A stretch of DNA of 64,000 bases from the human T2T-CHM13v2.0 reference genome, Homo sapiens: assembly GCF_009914755.1 (NCBI RefSeq), contig NC_060940.1. The stretch is one strand, 5' to 3'. Made by a program: the position numbers and the translations under genes. Below, piece after piece: positions 16,068-27,298 of the stretch (the stretch's first letter is position 1; the number at the start of each line of letters is the position of its first letter). The notes under the pieces were generated by a model. The model had not been told where the DNA came from and did not search any database. It saw nothing but the letters and a program-made list of their open reading frames with translations.

Positions 16068-17940
16068 CTTATCAAATATGTTTTGCATTTTTGTAAGCCC
16101 AGGTGACTCCTTGATTCATATATTAAATACATACCTTGTGATCACCTACCATGTAAACAGAGAACGCCACTCAACAAGGTAGACGTTACATCTGCCCTTA
16201 CAGAGCTTATGGCAGTGGGGATTTCGATAATCGTGATAACAAAATGTGCCTTTGTATCGACATGAGTGTAATGTGCCCCAATATTGCTTTAGATAAAGTA
16301 GTCCCAAATTACCCTCCAAATTAAAATATATTAAAATTCTTCTGTTTTTATAATGTCTGGATATTTCTTCTAAGGGAGTAGCATATAAACATTGCCTTTT
16401 TTTTTTTTGGAGTTGTAATTTGCCTACAATTACAACAAACGACTTAAGTATATAACTGTCCCATGCTTTTTCAGGTGGAAAAAGATATATAAAGGAAATA
16501 TCTCCCCTCTCTTGAATTTTTCCAGTACTCATTTCTTAAATGTAGAAAACATTCTAGGGGTAATTTTGAATTGCTGACCCTGTTAAAAAATATTACTAGC
16601 AGATATTGAGAAAGGTGGGTGAATTTTAAGAAACAGTATCAAACTGTACTCTGATGACATGGTAACCATTTCTAACTACCTGTTACAATTAAAATATAGA
16701 AGTACTTAATAACTTTGGCAATAATAATATATTGAAAGTTTAGAGCTATAGTGGGAAGATAAAGGTTTTAGTTAAACAGCTGAGTTCAGATCCTCTCATA
16801 ATCAGCAGACTACATTGCATTTGCTTTTTATATTTAATTTTACTATAAAATTAAGCTCTTGAGTTCTATTCCTGGACACTTTTATATGTTAGATTAGTTT
16901 TATGATTTATTTAGGTAAAAACTGAGAGATTGTTTTCACTCTTTCTCAGCATATAGCTTTTCTATATTAGATACGGTGGTCCATAATAATCATTTCTCTT
17001 TTTTGGGGCTGCAGAGCCAAGATGTACTTTCAAATTACTGTAGTGGAGATTTAGGCCAGATGTAAATAAAGTGTGTAGGCAGCAAGGAAAAGGAAGTCTA
17101 CTCAGTCTCCTCTGATGAGCTATAAGAGAAATCTCCAATGTATCAGAAATTCTTTATGTAAAACTTGCTTCAGTGCTCAGAGGTGAGACAAAAGGTGACC
17201 TAGGTAAATTAAGGGAACTGTGATTTTATAAATATATCATGAAATAATTTTCAAAATAATGGATTGGTTATTTTAAAAGCATGTTTTAAAAGGAAAGTGC
17301 AAGTTAGAGCAAGAAAAGTAAAATCAAAATCTATCTTACAATCTTTTAAAAAAATGTATCAGGTCCATTGATTTTTAATTTTTTTAATAATTAAAATGTC
17401 ATAGACTGTCTTCAGTGCGTAGCATGACTTTCTTCTTGTGAAGGCTTTAGTCGATTCCAGAGGGTTAGCCATACTGTATTGAGCTGGCCATACCTAGAAG
17501 CTTATTCTCGTAATCATAATACATGAAAGTAGATCAGAGGTGTCATGTTCCAAATCCAAAAAGTATTCATGACGTTGAAAGAATCACATTACCTGATTTT
17601 AATAGTAGAACAAATGATAACTTGGAAGTTGAGATTTTGTCATAAGCACGTATAGTCATAGGCAGGTGGTCCCCGTGGAGTGGGCAAGTGTATTCCTCTG
17701 ACAATGATGTCACCTGCAAAGCTTTTTATTTGGCAGCCAAGCATAATAACACATAGAGCTCTACTTACACTAAAAAAAATACCAAATGATAAAAGCAAGA
17801 GTCACCAATCCAAAATTATATATTTTCAGGTGCCTCAAATCTACAAACCTTCATACAATGATAAAACAAGAATTTCAAAAATAAAAAGGAGAAAGGGATT
17901 GTTTATTTCTTTAATTACTAACATGCCTTAAAAGGTACCC

Positions 17941-18431
<491 letters not shown>

Positions 18432-18441
18432 TCAGTATGAT

Positions 18442-18942
18442 CGGGGGTTCCTAAACCACGGGCCACGGACAAGTACTGTGCTGCACAGCAGTAGGTGAGT
18501 GGCAGGCAGGCAAGCAAGCGAAGCTTCATCTGTATTTACAGCTGCTCCCCATTGCTTGCATTACCACCTGAGCTCTGCCTCCTGTCAGATCAGCCACAGC
18601 ATTAGATTCTCACAGGAGTGAGAACCCTATTGTGAACTGCACATGTGAAGGATCTGGGTTGTGTGCTCATTATGAGAATCTAATGCCTGATGACCTGTCA
18701 CCAACTCCCATCACCCCCAGATGGGACCGTCTAGTTACAGGAAGAGAAGCTCAGGGCTCTCACTGATTCTACATTATGGCCAATTGTATAATTATTTCAT
18801 TATGTATTACAATGCATAATAGAAAGTGCACAATAAATGTAATGCACTTGAATCATCCCAAAGCCATCCCCCCACTCCCATCTGTAGAAAACCTGTCTTC
18901 CTTGAAACTGGTCCCTGGTGCCAAAAAGGTTGGGGACCACTG
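18442..18942. mobile_element. MER1A hAT-Charlie DNA transposon
   Basis: Ends cgggggttcctaaacc and ggttggggaccactg, internal cattagattctcacagg / tatgagaatctaatg palindrome, ~500 bp, degenerate 8-bp TSD agtatgat/aggctgat. Confidence 0.85.
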
Positions 18943-21699
18943 AGGCTGATGATATTCCAAAGGACTAATCAGAATCAGAGCAGAGAAATTTGAATGCTAC
19001 CAGCATTGTCTGTTAAATGTAATGGGGTGTTAGAGATGATTCTCATGCCATCATAGTACAATTTAATATTATTACATAAAAATTATCCCCCTTGCTTGAT
19101 ATCTGCTTCTAATGCTTGCTAATGGTGATTGGAGTGAAAAATTGTCACTATAGTTCATCCTCATTTGTAGAAATTAGTACTAGAGGATGGGGAAGAAAGC
19201 ATTTCATTTCTTTCTGGTCTTCCCTGTGAAAAGGCAGATAGTCTGATGTCATGTCTAAGTACTTTGTTCACAATGTACATAAATTCCAATGCCGAAGTGA
19301 CTGACTTGTCAATCAGCTTCCTTAAGATAAATATTTACTAGAAAATTATAGAAAAAGAAATCTCTCTAGGATGTAATTAATTAAAGGAAATATACAGATA
19401 CAAAGTTGTTTTGCCAATTCATTAAGCTATTACTGGATCACAATTCCACCACATGGGGAAAAAGAGAGATCGCAATTAAGATATTTACATAATCTTATTA
19501 AAGTTGTATAAAACCTCTCATGGGAAAATATGCCCACATTTTGAATAATGATGTAATTTAACACACAGTAAAAATGACTGAAAAAAATCACTACTCAAAA
19601 GTTGAATGAAATTTATAATTACTATTTGTTATTTTTTGTGTCAAATACATAATGGCACAAGAACACTAACAATAATGTGTTGATAATTCATGGTGGTAGC
19701 AGTAAAAACCAGGTTGCATCAAATTAACTTGGTTGACATTCATCCATCATTAATAGGGTGTGCTACATTTGCTTTTTATCTCCAAAACTCATTGTAAATT
19801 TCAGTTCTGAGTTCTGTTCATTTTTATGTTATAGGAGTTTTCTATAAGCCTGGAGATTATTTTCACTCGTTCCGAGTAGTAGCTTTGGTGTATTTAGAGG
19901 CGATGACCCATAGGGATCATTTATCTCTTTGGAGTCCGCAGAGCTCAGGAAGCACACCTCAGGTTTCTGCAGTGGCAATTTAGGCCAGATGTAAATAAAA
20001 TGTGTGGTCTGAGAGAAGAGGATGTCTACTGAATCTCCCCAGAAGAGCTTTAGAGACAATCTTCCATCTCAAGGATATTTTAAGTAAAACCAGCTTCGAA
20101 GCCAAAGGGGTAAAAAAGAAAGTTTAATTAGCTTACCTAAGTACACTGTGATTTTTGCAAACATCTTGTAAAATGACACTTAAAATGAGACAGGTTATGC
20201 TGAAAGCAAAAGGGAAATACCTGCCACTGTAAGATAGCTGCCTGTACATAACCTGTGCATTAATCAGGCTTTCAAGTTTATAACTCAGTACAGTAGGTTT
20301 GGTTGGCAAACAAATACCTTTTATGATAAACTGCCTCTTTATCCACATAGTATTTTTTTGTCTGCTTTGCCATTTTACTTTCCCACTAACCCTTTTTGTG
20401 TTGAGTCCCTGGTGGAATTGCATAAAATAGTAAGAGTGCACCATTCAGTTCCAACCCTGGCTCTCTTGATTCACTGCACCATTTTTTTTTTTTTTTTTTT
20501 TTTTGGCAAGCCTTCTTAATGGATTCCAGACATTGAGATCTTTCTTTTTAAATGACTCCTTCTCATAGGTAGGACATATAAAGTACTTCGTTTTCTGAGT
20601 TTTTATTTTTTTGCTTACGCCTCAGGAAATTTCATAAAGCACTCCTTGTAATTGTTCTTACATGTATTGTCGTATCTTTCAAAAAAACAGTCGTTTCTCT
20701 GTAATAGAAGGGCACTTCACCAAATTCTAATTTCTCGGTACTCCATTTTTCTTGCAGGCCTTTTGTTAAAAGGTTTCTTCTTTCGACAAGCAGAAGTCAC
20801 TCCCTTTGTTGGAAATTGCACTTGAGGGTTACTTTTTAACAGGCACAAACACCCAGAAATCCGAGTCAGTTAAGGATTATTATCACAAGAAACACCTAAA
20901 ACATGACTGTTTTATCCAGATTTCTGTGAAGCAGGAGACATTTGTCATCAGTCTCTCCCTCCACCTACCCTGTTCTAACTCATTACACTGTGTTGGCTTT
21001 TGGGGAGTCAGATAACAAGAAAAACTTATATTTTTGCCCATTGGCTTATTAGCACAATTGTCAAAGCAGATATCTGATGCTATGTATTTCTAAGGCCAGC
21101 TTTGCTTATGAGCAACTTAATATAGCTGCTAATTTTGTTTGGACTCAATTCTGGGAGGACGGCGGCTGAGTTGCTTGTAGTTTCCCTCCACTTCCGATTC
21201 GAATTCTACCCCACCGACGCTTCTGAAATGAGTTGTTGGTCCAGGCGGACAGGCAGGGGGATCCTGGAGGGAACCAGTGAGGAGGCTCTTGTGGGGCTTC
21301 CTACCTTCTGGGTTGGAAGGAAGTCCGGGGGCCAGCCTAGAAGAATCTCAGGGGGGGATTTGAATTGTTTGGATCTTGTGGATTGCTTGCCTTACAGAGG
21401 TCCCTGGGCCCCATGGGGAAAGATAAGCATTAGAAAGTATTAATGTGCCCATTTTCTCTGTTTCTCAAGGTGCTAAGATGACCTGAAATTTGGGCCATGC
21501 CCTCTCTGTCCCAAAGCTGAGTGAGGAGAGGTTTCTTCTTAGGGCTGTGGCCTGCAGCTCTGCTCCTGGTCCACCCAGATCACCACACTGTCTACTTGCC
21601 CTGGGTGTGAGCCACCTAAGGTGATCAGTGGCTGGGCACCGGCAAGCAGATTAAAAAGTAAACTAACAAACCAACTCCAGACTTAAAACCATTCAACAT

Positions 21700-22310
21700 C
21701 AATAAAAGGAGAAAAAAACTAAACCAAAATGATTTTCTATCAAAATAAAGCTATTCAAGGAGACAGACAGCAACATGAATGAGGCTTAGTAAGAGTACTT
21801 TAAGGAGATTCTCATAAAGCAAAAAAAAGACCTTGAGGATCTAAAAAATATGATTTTTTTTCCCAAACAAAAAATATAACAGGAAAGAATGATCTTTTTT
21901 GCTACTTGAATTTGCATCTGGAAGATCAAGTGAATGAAGTATTTGACCCACAGAGATGTAAGTCCTAAATAATAGAAATCAGGATGGAAATAAAATGAAT
22001 TTAGAGAATATATAGAGGAGACCTAATGTGAAAAATTGGCATTCTAAGAGAATAAAAAGGAAGAAGGTGAAACAGCAGTAGTGTGCAGATTGTATGAAAA
22101 ATTCCAAGCTAAATAAAAACTTTGTGTCTGCAGATTGAAAGGGCTTATCATGTTCTATGCAGAATACTGAGATAAGATACACACTTAGGGACAATCTGAT
22201 GAAAATTCAAAAATCACAGGGTATCTTACAAATTTTGAAAAAGAAGTAATACAGCCAGAAGATGCTGGAATAATATCCATAGTGTACTAAGGGAATAGGG
22301 CTGCAAAAAA
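21700..22310 (+). mobile_element. Ancient L1/HAL1 ORF1 relic
   Basis: Fragments translate LQIERAYHVL (22128-22157) and ARRCWNNIHSVLRE (22254-22295), similar to L1 ORF1p QIERAHR and ARRQW.NIFKVLKE motifs. Heavily decayed. Confidence 0.55.
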
Positions 22311-23311
22311 TGTCACCCTTAAAATAAACACAAATATAACCTAATCCATCAGGGTAATTTTCTGTTCCAGTTACAACCATCATATTGTCTAATTTGTTTT
22401 CTTCATAGTATTATCAGTCTTTAAAATTCTCATTTAGTTTTTGTTTCTATGTTTATTGTCTCTCTCCCTTTCCCTGCTAACATGTAAAATACTCAAACAT
22501 CCGGGCATTTGTTTTCTGTTTCTTTAGCTCATAAAAGGATAAATATTAACTGACCATGTGTCCATTTTGAGTTTTAGCGGTCATTGGTTTTTGTACAATA
22601 ATTTTGAAATAGGTGAAATGTTTTCAATTTGTAAGTGTGAGGCTTTTAAAATATATCTCATATCAGATTATTACCAGAGAAGTAAATCTTGTCTGGTGGG
22701 GTGGGGCTGAAAAGGGAAGATTTTTTAAAGGCCTATGGAAATTTTATTCAACATTTTAACCTTGTAGAAGAAATGTGAAAAGCACTCTCCCAATTATGCT
22801 CCTATGAGAGATTTTCTTTTTAATTTTTATTTTCTTTTTAATTTCTCATTAAAGTAAAAAGAAAAAAAAAAACTCCAAATCAAGAATGCGGTCTTTTTCA
22901 TGTATATATGTTTAAATCTACATATATTCAAATGAATGATTGCCAAGGTGGACTAAATGATTTCTTTGGTTCCATACACATTGATGAACTGCCTCCTATA
23001 TAATGACGTTATGCTGGATGTTGGCAGTCATCTTTATGTTTGAGGAGCTCACAGTATCGTATGTAAGCAGCAGAGTGATGCTCCCTCAGTGCTATCTTTG
23101 GGTAATGAAGAAGAGCAAGGTGGGTCAGAACATGGCTCAATACCAGATCCCTCACAACAGGAAAGTGATATAATCGCTCTGATTTTCCATTTTCTTTTTA
23201 TAGAGGATGATATTCAAAATACTAAACATTGTATCAGGATTTTTATTATTACGTAGAAAACATGAATGAAAATAGAGCCCCTCAAAATTCTTTAAAAACT
23301 TAGATATAACT

Positions 23312-23593
23312 GGCCAGGTGCGGTGGTTCATGCCTATAATCTCAGCAACGTTGGGAGGCCAAAGTGGGTGGATCACTTGAGGCCAGGAGTTCAAGACCAG
23401 CCTGGCCAACATGGCAAAACTCCATCTCTACTAAAAATACAAAAAATTTAGCCAGGCGTCAATCCCAGCTACTCGGGAGGCTGAGGCAGGAGAATTACTT
23501 GAGCCTGGGAGGCAAAAGCTGCAGGGAGCTGAGATCGTGCCACATCACTCCAGCCTGGGTGACAGAGTGAGAGTCTGTTAAAAAAAAAAAAAA
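23312..23593 (+). mobile_element. Alu SINE (AluS-like, with ~20-nt internal deletion)
   Basis: Sense Alu. gccaggcgtc joins directly to aatcccagctac. A tail followed by (AT)n. Confidence 0.93.
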
Positions 23594-24119
23594 TATATAT
23601 ATATATTAGAGCTCAGATGCCCAGGGTTAGTTAAAGTCTAGCTCTCAAGCAAAGATGATTTAAAAAATAAATAAATAAAAGCCACTACAGAGACTGAAAG
23701 CAGAGTAAAGGAAAGAGTATCTCAACCAGAGAGTGGTTTATAAACAAAAGAAGCTCATAATTTGGAATACAGTAGGCCAGAGGTCCAGTAATGCCAACAA
23801 CTGTGTAACTTCAGGTGAATAGTTAAAATTCTGAACTTAACTGTTCCATTTGTGTGACTTGGATAATATACTCCAGTGTCTACTGTAAAGTTTTATCAGT
23901 AGCATGCAAATCTTTTAGAACACTGGCTAGCACATAATATACACTCATATATACTTAATATCCATTGCATTGTTTTTACTTTTAATTTAACTTAACTTCC
24001 TGGGAACGTAGATTCAAGTTGCCCTGAATATACACTCCCATATTATTATATTTTCAAAAGAAAGACTAAAGTGCACATTTTGTCTTTCCCTACCTATATA
24101 CAGTGCAGGGGAGAATAGT

Positions 24120-24531
24120 TGTATTAGTCTGTTCTCACACTGCTATAAAGAGCTTCCTGAGACTGGGTAATTTATAAAGGAAAGAGGTGTAACCAACACA
24201 GTTCCACATGGCTGGGAGGCCTCAGGAAACTTATAATCGGAAAGCAACTTATAGGCAGAAAGCAAATTATAGGCAGAAAGCAAAGGGGAAGGAGAAGCAA
24301 AAACCTTCTTCACATGGCAGCAGGAGAGAGAAGAACGAAGGATGAACTTCCAAACACTTATAAAACTATCACATCTCATGAGAACTCACTCACTATCACA
24401 ATAACAGCATGGGGGAAACTGCCTCCACGATCCAATCACCTCCCACAGGGTCCCTCCCTTGACACGTGGGGATTATGGGGATTACAATTCAAGATGAGAT
24501 TTGGATGGGGACACAGAGCCAAACCATATCA
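24120..24531 (-). mobile_element. MaLR solo LTR (THE1-like)
   Basis: tgtattagtctgttctcacactgct...gagccaaaccatatca with a perfect 5-bp TSD atagt/atagt. Confidence 0.88.
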
Positions 24532-25470
24532 ATAGTTGTGCTATTTTTTTTTATCACACTGGGTGGATGGATGCATTGTATTTTGATGACATCTGAGCCT
24601 TCAAAGCCTATGATAAATTTCTCTTGTTTAGATTTCATGCTTGCTAAGCAAGGAGTATGTATAATATATTCCTAAGTTAAAATTATAATTAATATCCCAG
24701 CATTAAAACCAATCTCCGTTCCACAAGAGTCTCATACTAACTAAATTCTTATTAATAGGAGGAAGAGATTATCTGTCTTTAGAGGGCACAGATATTTCTG
24801 TCCCAGTGACAAGTTGTCATTGAAACAAGAAGAAAAGACATAGGGGTATAAAGGGTTTTATTGCTGTACATGAGTAATTAGGGAAAGACCCTAATAACTT
24901 CGAGGTATGGCCTCCACTGCATGATAGTATCATCCTCCTGTTATGTTTGGGTGGGGCCATAAAATATCAGAAAGCTTTCAGCCATAACAAATTGTCGGGT
25001 TGGGCATCTGATAACAGAAGTCCAGAGGCTCAATTTTCTCTCTAGTTTCTGTTACTTTCAGGGCATAAGTCTTGAAACCTGTACTGAACTTGTTTTCAAA
25101 TCCAGGATGTACCTCTTGATATTGACTACAAGCCCTATTGTAAATACATTGCAATAATCTATATTTAAATTAAAAGTATCATGACACCCTCATCACTTCT
25201 TAACCTGACCCATTCTTATGCTTTGTTTCTAGAGAGCTTACCATATCACTTTTAATAATCCATGCTTAAAAACTTGACTTCATTAACATTGGAAATCTTA
25301 CCAATAGTAGTGGAAAGAATAATGGATTTTTATCTTTTTAGTAAAGATAAAATTAAAAAGGAATTTAGTAACTTTATTGCTATTGCATTAGCTCAGAATC
25401 CTCAATTTCTGCATCATCGCCTATTTTCACTTTTCACTACTAATATTTCGGTGTTTCTTTGAATTTCTAG

Positions 25471-25689
25471 AACACAGTGATGTGGACCAGGATACTGCAC
25501 TGGCAGGTGCGCAGGGCTTCACAGGCTGCCTCTCTGCAGTGCAGCTCAGCCACGTGGCCCCTCTGAAGGCAGCTCTGCACCCCAGCCACCCAGACCCTGT
25601 CACTGTTACAGGACACGTGACTGAGTCCAGCTGTATGGCCCAGCCTGGCACTGATGCCACATCAAGGGAAAGGACACACTCGTTTGCAG
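25471..25689 (+). CDS. CNTNAP4: CNTNAP4 internal coding exon (end of laminin-G4), 219 nt, phase 1-1
   Basis: Acceptor gaatttctAG and donor GCAG|gtgact. Translates (E)HSDVDQDTALAGAQGFTGCLSAVQLSHVAPLKAALHPSHPDPVTVTGHVTESSCMAQPGTDATSRERTHSFA, with the GFTGCLS LamG-end motif. Confidence 0.95.
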
Positions 25690-26023
25690 GTGACTTAGAG
25701 TTCTTCCTCTACTCAGTCACAGACGTAGCTTGTCCATGGAATTTAGAAAACTTCTCATGTGGCTTTCAGGCTACCTTCTCAAGATGGCTTCTTAAAGTTG
25801 GTTTTGTTTGTTTAGCTTTTAGTTCTCCTTCCCATATCTTTTCTAGGTGCTCAACTTCTTATTTATGGGGGTCATTGCCATTGACATTGCTTAAATTGAA
25901 AATAACAGAGATCCCACATTCGCCTCCATAATTCTCTCTGGTTTAAAACATTTATGATGTTTTCAAAATTTCTTCTTTTACTTGCCTATATCACCTTCCC
26001 CCTTTGTTGTGCTTTAACTGCAG

Positions 26024-26095
26024 ATCATTCTGGAACAATAGATGACAGAGAGCCCCTTGCTAATGCAATCAAAAGTGACTCTGCAGTAATTGGAG
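26024..26095 (+). CDS. CNTNAP4: CNTNAP4 juxtamembrane stalk exon, 72 nt, phase 1-1
   Basis: Pyrimidine-rich acceptor ...gctttaactgcAG and donor GAG|gtaata. Translates (D)HSGTIDDREPLANAIKSDSAVIG(G), leading into the TM segment. Confidence 0.94.
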
Positions 26096-26816
26096 GTAAT
26101 AAGAAGCATGAATGAGCTCTTCTTTGGTTGTTCTTATTAATAATGATGATGAATATTTAGCATTGTAGAAACTGTGAAGAATCTGCACATACTCCAAGTG
26201 CCAGGCACTGAATCCTGAGGTCATTGGGGTGATTTACTATTTGTACTGGATTGTCTTTAGAATCTTTCTGAATTCTCTGCTTCCTTGGAGATTTTCAGTA
26301 TAAATAATTGACAATTTCACTGAAGCATGGCACTCAAAGATTAATTGCTAACATGTGTAATAATGAATATTATCAAGCTTGAACATAGCCACAGGTAGTC
26401 ACTAGAGAATTGTGAATATATTTGAGTAAATTTCGTTTTTCTTCACTTCTTGGACATATCACTGCTTCTGGAAAGGTTCATGCAAAAAGTAGGAAAAACC
26501 TGAGATTAACACTAGAAGCATATATTTTGTATTGCCTCAAGGCTTAATAAAGATGCTATTTGCATAGTAAACTATTTAAAGATGCTTCTATCAACTAAAT
26601 ATTACACTTTCAGTTGTATTTTTATCAAATATTAGATTAATGAACTAAAAGTGATTAGTAGTAACTTTAAATTGCAGAATTAACACAAAAACTTTTAAAG
26701 TATGTCTCCCTGGAAATGTGACAGCATATTCTCTGATATTTTTTTTCAAAAGCAACTCAAAAAACAAGCTTTTTTTCTTCTTGATTAATGCTCTTAAGAA
26801 TGTTATTAATCAGATT

Positions 26817-27298
26817 ATTGAAATGTTAACTTGTTCACCTTTCTTTACACTCTGAATATGATACGGATATAGAAAGTAAACAATTATTCTGTTGCATTGC
26901 CAGGGAGATACAATTTTAAAGTTTTTGTGCCAGTAATATGATTATTCATATATGAAATATGAATATTTCGTTTGCAGGTGACTTAGAGTTCTTCCTCTAT
27001 TCAGTCACAAACCCAGCTTGTCCATGGAATTTAGAAAACTTCTCATGTGGCTTTCAGGCTACCTTCTCAAGATGGCTTCTTAAAGTTGGTTTTGTTTGTT
27101 TAGCTTTTAGTTCTCTTTCCCATTTCTCTTCTAGGTGCTCAACTTGTTATTTATTCATATCATATATGAATAATCGTATTACTGGCACAAAAACTTTAAA
27201 ATTGTATCTCCCTGGCAGGGCAACAGGATAATTGTTTACTTTCTATATCCATATCATATTCAGAGTGTAAAGAAAGGTGAACCACTTAACATTTCAAT
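26817..27298. repeat. Long inverted repeat (arms 26817-26965 and 27152-27298) enclosing a duplicated copy of 25680-25866
   Basis: Manual alignment: the arms are reverse complements with 7 mismatches and one 2-nt indel. Segment 26968-27154 matches 25680-25866 at 179/187 with no gaps. Confidence 0.95.

Noticed and set aside
24228-24281. Short regularly spaced repeats as a CRISPR-like array
   Set aside because: Head-to-tail tandem units without spacers inside a MaLR LTR, in a eukaryotic context with no cas genes.
26959-27231. 90-aa ORF nearly identical to part of ORF 25482-25931, suggesting a duplicated gene or exon
   Set aside because: The shared peptide is translated intron from the 187-bp duplication. 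Only 10 exonic nt were copied, and 8 substitutions without a stop is not evidence of coding selection. Kept only as a speculative splice finding.
26817-27298. MITE/MULE transposon or pre-miRNA explanation for the inverted repeat
   Set aside because: No TA, 8-bp or 9-bp TSD (flanks aatcagatt vs ttgggcaat), the loop is a local copy, and the arms and loop are much longer than a pre-miRNA. A Dfam search is still needed to exclude it fully.
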